A model generated the notes under the pieces. It was not told the DNA's origin and did not search any database. It was given only the letters and a program-made list of their open reading frames with translations. A DNA stretch of 62,728 nt, counting the filler, from Choristocarpus tenellus KU-1152 (lineage: Eukaryota > Protista > Phaeophyceae), in the NCBI GenBank assembly GCA_964200185.2. It is 10 parts of 10 records of this genome, joined end to end, with 100 filler letters (N's around TTAATTAATTAA, not from the genome) between each part and the next. Parts side by side here need not be neighbours in the genome. Positions count along the whole stretch, not along the records: positions 33,314 to 48,042 come from CAXNAD020001126.1; positions 48,143 to 51,654 come from CAXNAD020019531.1; 8 more parts are not named here. One strand, given 5' to 3'. How positions within the stretch are numbered: position 1 is the first letter of the stretch; the number at the start of each line of letters is the position of its first letter. Position numbers and translations under genes: made by a program. Positions 36,759-49,599 of the stretch are shown here, one piece after another.

Positions 36759-39643
36759 GAGCAAAAATACAAGACTGATGAGGGACCTGTCCCGCCTAAT
36801 GCGTTCGAACACAGAGGCATTGGGCTTCTCCCTGCAGTTGAAGAGCGACGATTGCCTCAACGAGTGGGACATTAACTTGTTCGGGTTCAGCGACTGTCCC
36901 TTGCAGAAGGTGTGGAAGTTTCTTGGCTGTTGTCGTGGAGTTGGGGAGGGGTAGGGTTAGGATAATATTATCATTTTCAGTTGCATTGGCAGTTGCATGA
37001 CTCAGGTTGGGGTTGGAGTACAGTGAATGGGTCTGTAAGGGAGTCTTAGGGTGTGGGAAGTAAATGAGGGAGGGTGGAATGCTGCAGTGGGTGCAGGTGT
37101 CGTGCTCTTGTGCTTGGTAGTTAGATGGGGTTATGTGTGTGGGGATGGAGTCAGTATAGTTTGGTATGAAGCATGGGTTTGTATGCGTTTTGTTTTTGGC
37201 CACCTCTGCCGTGGGTGAAGTGGAACTCCTGTTGTTGGGAATGTGCAATATAAGCAGGAGTGTCCTGAAGAGCAGGTCCATATTTAGTTGACAACGAAGT
37301 AAGTGCTTTGTGGTAGGTTTGTAGCAGTGAAGTGCCCTGTAGAATCTGAAGGTTCAATGTGTGGCATATGTTTTGTGCTCCATTAATGTTTTTTTCAAAA
37401 TGATGTTGCTAAGAGATTTGCAGTATATTTTTTTGTTCAGCCTAGGTAAATATCAGGCGCCGTCTTAAAAAGGGTTTGAGGTGTTTGTAGCAATGCTTCA
37501 CCTGAACAAGTTGAGAAAATGTATTGTTTAGAACGTATAGGTAAACCACTACAATGGCTAGAACATGCATGACCAACACACCTAAACACCAATAATCCAA
37601 CGGCAGGGAGCCGATGTGTAACAGATAGTAAGTAAGCTGGTATGATTCTTACACGGTGAACTCCACAGCACTTCTACCTCACCTTTGGGACTCCCTGTAC
37701 TCACTCCTACTTACTTGGGAGGTTAAGGGGGATTGCGATGATTTTTCCTTGAGGCAATGTATGACCACTGTTCCTCCTCTCTTTTTTTTTTTTTTAGGAC
37801 ATGGAGCGCCTAAAAAAGGAAGCAAATGTTGACCACATTCGGCTTCAGATGACATTCAAGGATGACTACCCGTTTTCGCCTCCGTTTGTTCGTATAGTGT
37901 ACCCTCGGTTCAAGAAGGCTACGGGATATATTATTGATGGCGCCTTCTGCATGGAGCTCCTCACAAACCAGGTGCTTTCCAATGCGTGCCCGACATTGTG
38001 CTCTAGGTTGTGTGGGTCGGTGTGGGTGTGCTCATGCTTGAATCGACCCGGTAGAGTTGTCAAAGTGCTTGTGAGACCCTAACCCTAACCCTTGCAAGAT
38101 TTACCCTTACCGCCCTTCCTGTCTTACCCATGTACAGCATATTGGGCTGCCAGTGTCAGGGTTTTTGGACATGGGGTATCAGATTTATGCTGTTAATAGT
38201 ACCTTCCAGATGGATTTACTTGGGAAGAAATTTCATTTGTGTGTACTGTGTGTCCTGGGATACTCGAAAGTGTGTGCTTGCGACTTCTTCAAACATCCAC
38301 TTGTAAAATCTACATCCATGGGTTTCTGTGTAATATGGAGGTACTGCTTGTGGGCAAGGTTCTCGTCATACCCTTCCCTGCCCACAAGCTGACTCTCCAA
38401 CTTTGTCCCCAAAAAACCCACTTTCAACTTATTTGTTGGTGGAGACACATTGATATGGGTTGGTGAGTCTGACATTTCCTTCTGTGTGGTTTTCCTGTTG
38501 AATGTTGTGTTTTTTTTTCCATACATGCATGTTGTGAGTGGCAGGGAGTGGGGAAGAGGAGATGAGGCAGTGATTGTGCAGACTAGAGATTCCAGAACCT
38601 GAATTGTCCTGTAAGTTTGTGAGAGCGTTTTTTGTTAGCTTGGGAGTTGGAGAGTCTGCTTGTGGTTGGACCTTCCGTTTGAAGAGTCAGCAATTTTTTT
38701 CGGTGCCAGTTCTTGGTGTCCCCATTTTAACCACTGTTCTCACATGCTTGCTCCACAGGGTTGGACACCAACGAATGATATAGAGTCCGTTGTGGTTCAG
38801 GTACGAGCGCAGATGGTGGTGGGCAAGGCAAGGATTGACTTTGATTTCTCGTGTGTGACACAGGTGAGCTGCTTGGAGTTGGGGTGCTTTTTAAGTTGAG
38901 CGTTGATTTGTGTCTGTCGTGTGTTTGATTTGAAGTCCTTGTTTGAATCTTGTTCTGCTTCGGAGGTTACCTGTACCCAAAAGGTTCTGGCAAGGGCAAG
39001 TCATGCCAAAATGGTTTGACTGTAGTTTGGGGTTTCCTTAATTATTTTTTTCGTGATGATACCAATATTGAACTTGATTGTTTTATGAGGTGGTGGGAGA
39101 TGTTGCGTGGAAAATGTACCATATTGGCTCAGTTCCACATACAACCCAATGACCTAAAGTTTTTTCCCTTGTTTTCCTCTACGCCCTTACATCTCGGCAA
39201 CTTCAAGTTTTACTGGTTTTTGTTTTTCTGTGGTGCATTGGTTGGCCTATGAAGAGCTAAGACTTCTGCTTGATGTATGAGGGTACCCTTGTTTAGAATT
39301 TCCAGTGTTACTGGAAACCAATTGGATCAGGGTGGCGGTCATGCCTCGGAGGAAGAAAGTCCTTGAGGCTCTTCAAACAATGTAAACCAAACTCTTGTGG
39401 GGGCTTGATAGGTCCATGTGTCATTTCCCCATCCCAATCTCTCCGAATGGTAACACTGTATTGAATATGAGGATTTATTACTATACTTACTGTCAGTCAC
39501 ATGAAAGCAATACATCTGAGCATGCCCTGTATGCCCCTCTGTTGGCCGCATACACATCGAGACAGCCTTACTGCCAGGAGCGAGCCAAATTGGCTTTCAA
39601 GTCTGCGGCTAAGATTCACTCATGGGAAATATCAGACCCATGA
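36759..39643 (+). CDS. Ubiquitin-conjugating enzyme E2, UBE2Q-like domain. Exons 36759-36909, 37798-37971, 38759-38863, 39566-39643; 5' end unresolved
   Basis: RLMRDL, LNEWDINLFGF, FKDDYPFSPPFVRIVYPRF, GAFCMELLTNQGWTP (catalytic Cys context of the UBE2Q family), IESVVVQVRAQMVVGKARIDF, terminal HSW. Confidence 0.88.
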
Positions 39644-40519
39644 ACTTTTCGCCATTGCCTTTACATATTCAAATCAGAATGCAGTCCAATCTCGATGCTT
39701 TGATGGGTTGGTGCTCTTCAGCCTGTTGTACCCACAGCCGCCCATGTTGCAGCAAGAAGAGCCCTTTCCCGTGTTGCAAGCGGTAAGGATTGTTTGTGGA
39801 CAAGTCACAACATTAGTTTCCTTTTTCAAATGAGAGCTTGATCACATCGTTTAGAAGTATGTTTGTGGTTTTATGTGTACGAACCATTAGTGTATTCAGC
39901 AAGGAGTTCCCAAGGGCAGAAAGGGATACATAGAATCTTATGCTTTAGTGCGCGTGTCTTGTGTCTGAATGCCCGTGTTTTGTGTATGTGTGGTGTGCTA
40001 CGGATTGGTAAGTATGGACTTTGTTGTGTGATAAGTATCTGGGGCAAGTACTCCAGAGAGAGTGCAAGGTTAACCAATTGATCTCAAGTGGAAGCTGCAG
40101 GCAGAGTTCCATCACTCATTTGTGCTTCGGGGTTCAGACTATATAGTGGGGATTATTTGGTATGATAACCCAGTTGCAGATATTTTGTTTTGAGGACATA
40201 GGAAGAGGTTCACAGCATTCTTTGTAATTGATATTATTTTGGGGAGTAGTTCCCATTCCTATGTCAGTCCATAGAGAGATCATTTGTTAAGTGCAATTCT
40301 GCTTTTTGCCTATGAAGAAATCATTGCATTTGCAAAGTCCTTTGAGGTGCCCTGAAACAGATGTGCACAACACACACACCAATCGCCCAACCTACTGAAT
40401 ATGTATCAGGACCATGGCATGACTACATTAAAACTATCTGAAATCAAGTTTTTCATGTGTCCCTTTTTCTGGTTTTCTGTGTGAACATTCCAGATTTCAG
40501 TGTTGGTGAAAATTATAAG

Positions 40520-40660
40520 AGTATGAAAGGTGTGTCCAGAGTGAGGAGATCGACACTTGCTAATAAACATGATGTCCAGAATTAAGATTACATCAAAATC
40601 ACAAATTGGATTTTGGATCCCAAAAAGGATGTGACCCTACCCTCTTCAATGCTTTGACTC
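40520..40660 (-). mobile_element. Old, degenerate MITE family A half
   Basis: ATGAAAGGTGTGTCCAGA...TTACATCAAAATC...CTACCCTCT..ATGCTTTGACTC. Confidence 0.7.
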
Positions 40661-41299
40661 GAAGTTATGTTACATTTAATTCCAAACTAGTAATGATACA
40701 TAATGTGGAATGCAGGTTTTCTGTTATTATACCGTCATTCTGATTGAGGTTCTTTCCTTACAACTTTGATTCAACTGTGTGGAGGATCTTCAGAGAGATA
40801 GATCTCTGTCTCCCCATAACGACTCTTCATGAGTACATTTCTTCTGAAGGCGGATCCCCCATGTCTGAAAGGTTTCTTTTCTGAGACCCATCTGAACTGT
40901 GATCGTCCCCACTTCCTGAGCTCCCACATTTTCTTGCAAGTCCTGTCAGTCTTGCACGTAAAAAACCTTAACCTTGTCCTCTCGGTTACGGTTTGTCTTG
41001 GTCTGTCTTGCCCAGTGATTCCTTTCGCCACCCTTGCCTGAGCAAGCAACACTGCCACAGGTTATTTTTTTGTTTATCACTGACCAAGCGGAAGAATAGA
41101 AGGCTGATGAAAACGAGTCAGTGGAGGACATGAAGTCCTCAACAAACAGTAAATCTGTTTCTAACTCCTCTAGTCAGTCCTCAATCTTTGTCAAACAATT
41201 CAACAAATGCGAATCACAGACGAGGTACCCCCCAAACTCCCCTCACAGTTCATCGTGGTCGTACAGGAATGGTGTCGTTGACCCTTGAGCATTGTGTAA

Positions 41300-41960
41300 G
41301 GTTTGGCAACCATGGCACTTGTCGTACCTTTTTTCAGGATAATCCTGTTACCTCAACACGTTCGATGCTTGAGAGGTGGCCACTTCGCGGCAGAGTTCAG
41401 TGATGGAATCCTTGCGTTCATTGCGCACCACATTAATGAGTGCACAAGAAATAATGTCGTGCCGCCTGAATGGCTTCAGGATCTCTTGAAGCTTCATGCC
41501 TGTGGACTGTTTACTGATCATGTAAAGATTTGTTGAGAACAGTAGTGATGTATCACAACCACATCCAAAACGTGAAGAGAATGTCTTAGATTTTCCACTT
41601 TGGAGATCCAGAGTGGTTCGGCAATCACAGGTTCTAGAGAAGAAGACTTACCACTTTTATTCTCTAATTGACATATTGCAATTACTCTACATCCATATCA
41701 ATATGACCCTGCATCCCTTAACACTAGTGATGCTCGTTGCGTGGAATTTTCACTGGAAATGCTGGACCCGCTGAAACTGTATTTTTGGGTGTTGGCTGGT
41801 ATGATAGAACGGCATTCACCAGGGGGTTTGGCCAGATTATGGTCGTGCCCTCACACTGTACAAATAGGCTCTGCTGGACCTGATCATGGGTCTCAGCATT
41901 GTCTCTTAGTGTGTCTTCACGTTTTTCTCAAGGTCATTGACATGTCCAAACAAATCCAGC
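41300..41960 (-). pseudogene. Possible degenerate LTR-retrotransposon (Gypsy-like) integrase relic
   Basis: Broken minus-strand fragments resemble integrase core (FHH*TLPRSGHLSSIER ~ HH.T.P.SP..NG..ER) and a CxxC-like stretch; many stops. Confidence 0.3.
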
Positions 41961-43194
41961 TTGTTCTAGCCTGCAGTGGGTGGAAGAATCCGAGATCCAG
42001 AGTGTTGAAGTCCGATGCAGAATCCGAGATCCAGGTCCTTGCTTCCGTAATATATACCTCCTCAGCGTTGATATGACATTGGCCTCCTCGACCCATCTCC
42101 TCTGACTGATCCGTTCAACTATGCTGTTTCAGTCACATCAACATCCCATTTTCAAGAGTGGTTTCGACCATTCCTTGCAGCAAGAACCGATGCCATGTCC
42201 AGTCCACCAAGGCACTTTGATGTTATCTTATCCACCGATCCATTGTGGTTGGGCTCATTCCATAGTTGGGTGTAAATTCTGCATCGGACCTTGCCAAACT
42301 CCTTCTGGTGCAGTCTTCAACAACAGCGACCTTCTTGGTAGAGGGGGTGTCCTTCACCTATCCCATCGTGTCAAGTTTGGTGTCTGTTGGTGAAGCCAAA
42401 TTTGAGAATTTGAAATTCTGGATAGCAAGACAACCAAACTTTATTGCATGAACTTCTGGTTTCAGGCTTGATTTTCAACCCCCTGTGATAAATTGCTCTT
42501 ATTAAACATTGAGATACCACTGTTCCACCAGGGCAGACAATTGCCCCGACTGTCTGACTGTCCCTCTGGCGGAATGGTGGTATCTTAATTTCGACAATAT
42601 CAGAGGCTGGAAGAGCCAATCCCGCTTTGATGACTTTCCCGACTCCCTACAGTGAGAGGATAAAAATATAGAAGTGTGGCCATGAGACTGGTGAAAGGGG
42701 GTGACATGAAAATTGAGATGACCACTTGGGGAGAGCGCATGATTAATGGGGTCATGGGTCATGGATTATGCCTGATTAGCTCCCCAGTCTCTGATTTTCA
42801 CGACTGGTTAAATGGTTATGTTCATAGTTTGGAAAGTCCACCGTTGGTTAATACCGCAGCCCTACCATTGGAAATCTACAACCAGACTATTGGCAACTAT
42901 GGAGACATTGGATAACCGTGCATGGCCTTCAGAATCCCGCAACCGAACCATCATGACTGTGGATTTATTTCATCCTACTGTAACCTCTGCCAAAGGTAGT
43001 ATCTAGTACAATGACCGTACTTTCCAGATGTTCAAATATTGTGACAGTAGAATAACTGCATCCTCCAGAGGTGGACTTACCAGAGAAATATATAGTATAT
43101 TGTATACATTATGCTCAATGACCTTTCGCAGACTATAATTTTGTGTCAGACTTAAGAATATAGTCAGTAAGAAAATTTAGATCCACACGTTGTG

Positions 43195-44872
43195 CTCCCT
43201 CTGTCCCATATGTCTGGGCCGTTATGTTGTAGCTCTTCCGGATGACCTCTGACTACAAAGCGGACCTTTAGCTTGGATTCCTTGGAAAATTTTACATTTA
43301 AAAACTATGTCACGCCTTTATTCAACACCGTCAACCCACCAAACCAAACCAGGGCTGCCACAGAGGCTGCTTGATCTACTTCAACTGATCTAGCCAACCC
43401 GCCCTCCCACTGACTTTTCTTGGTCCCGGTGTGCTCTACCTCGAAATTGTCTCCCCCCAGCGCCCTTAGCACCTGAACGTACCTATTAAGCAGACTCTGC
43501 CACACCCTCTCGAGCGCGTCTGCATTGTATGCGTGGAGCATGCTTGAAACCCCCTCTACAAGTTCATCAACAGTAATGTAACGCTCTGCCTGGACCCTGC
43601 TCTTCAGAGATGCAAAAAACCCCAAATCATTCATGTTGAGATCTGGCGACTGCGCTTGCTGCGTCACGAGCTTAATGTTCCATCTGTCCTCCATCCCTGG
43701 TTTGTTCAGCTTCTGGTCGCGCCGTCCTGTTGTATGGAGGCCCCCCCAATTCCAGCCACGGCATTTTTTCCTTGATCGCTGGCAACAGCTGCTCCATATA
43801 CCACTCCAGGTACCCCTTCGTGCCAACAGTGATGTTGACCTTGTATTCCTCGCCCTTTGTGTGCCACATTGTAGTTCATTGCACCTCCTTCGTGATGCAA
43901 ACCCCACCAGATCCCGATCTTGTCATCAAAGCATGGGAAGGGTCCAAGCGCAAAATGGCGGAGATGAACATCACTTTGGGAGTGACTCTTGTGCTACACC
44001 TTCATCGAGTCCACCTTTTCCTCCCCCGAGAACATGTGCACCATCTCTTGTTTGCGAATGAGACAGAACCATGCCTTGTCGATGTGAATAGTGTTGGGGC
44101 CAGTCCTGTAGGTTTTGTGTTTGTGAGAAATCTGGTCAGGGATGAAGAGTGCCCTGTTCTTCTTGTGAGAAAAGGAAAGGCTAGGGGTGACACACCACTG
44201 AACCCTCGTTGCTCCCATGGCTCCGAGCCAACAATGAAGCTTTGAGCTGCCGACTGCCAGGCCCACTTTGGTGAGCTTGGTGGAAAGTTGGTCAATAGTC
44301 AGCATGTGATTACAGGCATTGATTTTCCGGATCTTCGCTTGTTCGTTGGTGTAAAGCCCGACGGTGGTCCAGATTGTGCTTGTGATTTCAGGGAGACAGT
44401 ATTGACCCTGTCCAACCGTTCTTTGACGTGTGCCCACACCTGTCTAGGGTCTCTCACTCCCACTCCAAAACCTTTCTCCAATTTAGACCCCACACCCTCA
44501 TGAGCATCTCGTGATCCGGAGGAAGAGCCAATGTGTAACGCAGAGCAAGTGCATTCCAACCTTCCTCGGTCAGTTTGCAGTTCTTTCCCCGAGATGATGG
44601 GCTTTGTGCCAGAGATGACAGGCTTTGGCGACTCGCCATGGGGGTTGTGAGAGTGTTGTGCGGCTCCATGCTGCAGCAGGAACATTAAAAAATGATAAGA
44701 ATATGCTCCACTCTTTCGGAACCATCTCAGAACAAGAATTCGTTGTAGAATTTTTGGACATAATTTTTTATGTAAAATATTCCAAGGAATCCAACGCAAA
44801 AGTCCATTCTGTAATCGGAGGTCATCCGGAAGAGCTACAACTTAACCACCCAGACCTATGAGACAGAGGGAG
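43195..44872 (-). mobile_element. Full-length but defective plant-type mariner (DD39D) transposon with about 116-bp TIRs
   Basis: Termini CTCCCTCTGTC / GACAGAGGGAG followed by TA; long TIRs at 43195-43310 and 44755-44872; frameshifted transposase with IHIDKAWF, QQDGAT and QSPDLNMNDLGFFASLK motifs. Confidence 0.9.
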
Positions 44873-46099
44873 TATGTATGTAATTTAAATGTATTATTAG
44901 TACCAGCTGAATATTTCGTGTTCAACGGTTCCCCTGGTACTGTCAATACTATTCATTAATCTCAATATTAAAACCTACAAGTGGTAGGTGGGAAGGGCAT
45001 GAAATATACAATATACAATACACAATATGCTACTGTACTTCCATGTTCTTTTCTGTCTTTGGAGAAGATTGGAAGACAGGTTTAGCTGCAACTGCAAGCT
45101 ATAACCCAAACAACCATACCACGAACTCAAAGCAACAACCGGAATTGAACTGTCAGAATCAGCACTCCAACTGTGGACCAGGACATACCATGAGGTCAAA
45201 TGAAGCTACGACTGTAACTGTAATGTAATATTTTTCTCACATGGTTGCATATTTTTGAAAATGTGAACCATACCGTCAAAGTTCCCTCCACAACCGATTC
45301 TAATCCTCACAAAGGCAACAACGGTTATTGTGATCATGTCAACATATCTAACAGCCATAAATACCGTTGTATATAGTGAGACAAAACTCTACAGTAAGAA
45401 ACCAGCAAAACAGTGAAAGTGGAACGATATCAGTCCTTGGATGTTTGGGTTATAGTTACTTCCTGGACACAAGCCCTTCACCACCACACACTTTTTCATG
45501 CAAGACTGTGGTGGAAGAAGACAACCATCTCACTTACATCTGCAAACATTTCATGATGAGTTCAAACCTGCTCAACACCAGACTTTATGTAATGAAGATA
45601 TATTTTTTAGGTACTGGGGAAGAGTGTCTGTGTCTCACAACAGTTATAGGTATCCACCACTCATATAGCGATTGCTACCAAAACGAGATTCATTTTTCTG
45701 CTGCTGCTCAGTATAGTGGTTTTCACGTCGATGAGTGATTATAGGGATATTTTTCCACGCGTGTTTTAGACACAAATTATTCACTTACCCAACACTTGAT
45801 CGAAATTTACAACAACACATTCACCCGACCTTTTCTTGTACTTTCACCAAATACACACTAGACAAACCCACTGTACCACCATGGAACGGAAGCTAACACG
45901 ACCTATTTCCCCTGGCGATGATCCCCCTGAACTGCGTTCGAACTCTGCTTCGTGAGCATCTGGAGCTTTGTGGACCCTTTGGGCCCAGCGAGTTTTGATC
46001 CGTGGTGATTCTCGTTTTTCCACCACTGCTAACCCACCTACCATTCCATACGAAGAAGTTGACAACCAGCTGTTACGAAGTCTCATTGCCAGCTGCCAC

Positions 46100-46990
46100 G
46101 GACCTGCTCAAGACCTTCACGGACTCCAGCAGGGGGCAATAATCCCAACCAGTGTCTCATGCGCCTCCGCAAGACTAAAAGCTGAGTCGGGGACCCCTCA
46201 GGCTTTACTCCTACTGATCGAGCTCTTCACTGCAGCTGCTGTCACCAACCTGGATACCACCTGCGCCATTTTTCAAGACCACCCCCATCCCCACACCCTC
46301 CACATTCTCTGCTCAAGATCCCCCCCCCCTCCACCCACTACAACTCCGGCCCAAGTCACACACCAAACCCACCACTGAACCTGGTCAAGACCCATACCAC
46401 AGAATGCTCAAGGAACACCTTAATACCAACCACATCTCCTGCTCAAGATTCTGACTACCCACCACACACCCCGCTGAACCTGGTCAAGACCTATTCCACA
46501 GAATGCCCAAGGAACACCTTCATACCAACCAAATCTCCTGTTCAAGATTTCGACCACCCACCACAAATCCTGCTCAAGATTCCTACTACTCACCACAATC
46601 CCCATTCAAGACCATCACCCACCACATGTCTTGCTCAAGACTCCCACTACCCACCACATCTTGCCCAAGACCCTTCCACACACACCACTGCACCTGACCA
46701 AGACCAACCACAACACATCACAGCAACAGCTCAAGACCCACCCCCACCTATCACAAAACCTGCCCAAGACCCACAAAAATATATCACAGAAACTGCTCAA
46801 GACCCCCCACCACCACATCACAGAACCTGCTCAAGACCCACCCCCACCTATCACAGAGACTGCTCAAGACCCCCCACTACCACGTCACAGAACCACCCCC
46901 ACCTATCACAGCACTTGCCCAAGACCCCCCTCACCTCATCGCAACACCTGCCCAAGACCCCCCTCATCTCATCGCAGCACCTATCCAGGA
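46100..46990. repeat. Complex C/A-rich minisatellite built on CTGC(T/C)CAAGACC, including a 97-bp higher-order duplication starting near 46375 and 46472
   Basis: More than 15 recurrences of the motif at about 30-40 bp spacing. Confidence 0.85.
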
Positions 46991-47176
46991 CTCCCCCCAA
47001 TACAAATTTTCCATGGTCTCCTTCATGTCCAAATGGCTTCTAACCCACCATTTTCCCCCACAACTTCCCCCTGTACCAGGAATCACGTCCATCCATCACC
47101 CTCTCTCCCACTCTTGCCACAAAGCAGCGTTGCTAATCTGTACAAACACACCATCAGGGAAGCTGTGTTTCATTCG

Positions 47177-47653
47177 TTCGAGTACGCACACCGTCAGGAA
47201 CATAGCTACCTACAACATCAACACCCAGTCCGTTCGTGTACAAAGGCGCCATGGACATCACCACTTGCAACCGCAGAGCAGCACTTCGTAGGCCAAGACA
47301 CCATGGACATCACTACTTAAAATCGCAGAGCCCTACTTACTTAGTTCGTGTCACCTGACGCCATGGACAGCACTACTTACAACCACAGAGGAGCAAATCG
47401 TTCGTGTATGCAGAGCGTCATGGACATCACTCACAACGACTCTAACACTACTTCGTGTATACAGACGACATGGACACCGCAATCTACAACCTCACCGCAT
47501 GTTCCCTTCGTGTACCAAGATGACATGGACATCACGGCCCACACCTTGACTCCACCCCAGAACTTCACATCGTTCGTGCATGCAGAACGCCATGGACATC
47601 ACTCACAACACCTTCAGCGCTTTCTTCGTTCCTGCACACAGAATGGACGCCGC
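47177..47653. repeat. Array of 9 units: about 29-bp core TTCGTG-N8-9-(G/A)CCATGGACATCAC separated by variable 21-37 bp segments
   Basis: Cores start at 47177, 47233, 47285, 47345, 47401, 47452, 47507, 47573 and 47625; first and last are degenerate. Confidence 0.85.
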
Positions 47654-48142
47654 TGGCAATAACCTTCACCCACAACACCAACTAGCTGACGATTACAAGA
47701 CCAACAACACTCCCAAGATCTTCGATTTTTACATATTCCCCCCATCGTAGTAATTCGACTCTTACTTAGTACGGTGTTACGTTTGTAGTCTTTTCGAATC
47801 GCTTATGATGTCTTCACTAGACACATCTGGATATATTTTATTCTATTTTCTCTTCCCGGGAAGTATTGGATTTTATCTGAATTCAACTTCCCAATTCTCT
47901 TAGTATTCTGTAGTTTCCCCTACAGTAGGTACCCCGATTTTATTCACCCATGGGCATACCCCAAAAAAGCGGTACAGAATTGATGTGGTACAATATTTTA
48001 TTATTATGCCCTCTGACATTTTGCAGATGTGTCAGGGGGGAANNNNNNNNNNNNNNNNNNNNNNNNNNNNNNNNNNNNNNNNNNNNTTAATTAATTAANN
48101 NNNNNNNNNNNNNNNNNNNNNNNNNNNNNNNNNNNNNNNNNN

Positions 48143-48379
48143 TCGAGCCGCGTCCATTTGAGGGCCAAAATCCAAGGTTGCAATTTTGATGTAATTTTGG
48201 CTATCATGTTTATTAGGAGATGTCAATATCCTTGCTCCGGACACGCCTTTTCATAATGTATACACTTTATCTAATCCGAAACATTTTGGAGTAGGTAAAA
48301 TGTCATTAAGAACCCGTGGGAAGCCAAGCCCCAATAGACAAACTGGGAAAAACTCGTACCCTCTAGGATACTTTCACTC
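48143..48379 (+). mobile_element. MITE family A (left TIR lost at contig edge)
   Basis: Homology throughout; right TIR TACCCTCTAGGATACTTTCACTC. Confidence 0.88.
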
Positions 48380-48853
48380 GTGGGTCACATGTGTGTGTAC
48401 TCACAGAAAGACTACAAATGGCGCTAAAAAAGTGTTGGCAAATCTTGCCTTTTTTCGGTATTGCCAAAAACACCTTATTTCGGCAGCAGCAAAATCCGCA
48501 TCAGGGGTGTGCGGGGAATTCAGCCAACCACTTCAGTTTCGTATCTATTGGAGTTGTGACCATCAAAATTGTGTCGGACATGTTTCTCCACGTCAATATC
48601 ATTATTTTATCTGGTCATAGAGGTGTATATCCACCAACATTTCTACATTCGTGCATACATATCCTCCAACGCTCGTGCCATGAGCTTTCATTTGGTGTAT
48701 ATATTGTTGTATATCGCTTTTGGCAATGCAATGAAAAAAAGCAAGATTGCTCCAGAGGGGTAGGCTACTGGTACAATTTTAGGACTAAATTGGAAGTATA
48801 TACAAAAACATGTGTAACTGGCTTTTACCTTTCCTCACATACTCCAAACGTGG

Positions 48854-48941
48854 TACCTATATAGTGTAACAATGGCTCTATCTTCGAAAAAGTGCCTACC
48901 TATATAGTGTAACAATGGCTCTATCTTCGAACAAGTGCCTA
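48854..48941. repeat. Tandem duplication, 2 x 43 bp
   Basis: TACCTATATAGTGTAACAATGGCTCTATCTTCGAA.AAGTGCC occurs twice. Confidence 0.9.
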
Positions 48942-49599
48942 ATAATGTTGTACATCAGCTTGACCGCATTGTACTGAGTCAAAGAGTCTACGAGAGGTCC
49001 CAAGGTTTTGACTGTTTTGCATATGATTTATATTGATCTTGTCCGTTTATTCTGACAAGAGCAGACTGACAACCCTATGCCATAACCATAACTCAAAAGC
49101 CTCAAATCAGACCAGAAGCCAGAGTAGTTCTGCGAAAGGTACTTGATTTGGTCAGCGAGAGGCCTGATAGTGCATATAAACACGCACATAACGCAGAATA
49201 CATTGAAAGGTTTATACACGAGAAATATTTATCTGTTCCAGTATATATATTCACACAAGTGCAGATAAATATTTCCCTCAACTTTCTTCTTCTCGTCCAT
49301 TTGTTCATGAGAAAGGGGAATAGCAATATTCTTCCTCCGTTTGGAATGCAAAGTAACATAAAGTTTGCAAGCTCCTTTCTCATCCAGGAACAACCCACAT
49401 GATAAATCCCTCTGGACTAGGCATAGTTCTCAAATACATTAGGAGGTGCACAATTTTTGATATGGTGGGCTATCATGACTGTGGAGGATCACCAGTGCAG
49501 AGTCGCATTTGACTGGGTTAAAAAAAACTCATCATATTTCCAAAGTAGGTGTTTATTGGGATGCCTAAGACAAACGCCCCGACGCATTTGAGCGATTCG

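Noticed and set aside
46631-47320. 229-aa Pro/His/Thr-rich ORF as a gene
   Set aside because: The open frame is a by-product of the C/A-rich minisatellite; no splice or family support.
47177-47653. Bona fide CRISPR array
   Set aside because: Repeats are too degenerate, spacer lengths are uneven, some spacers are mutually homologous, there are no cas genes and the context is eukaryotic. Kept only as an unexplained array.
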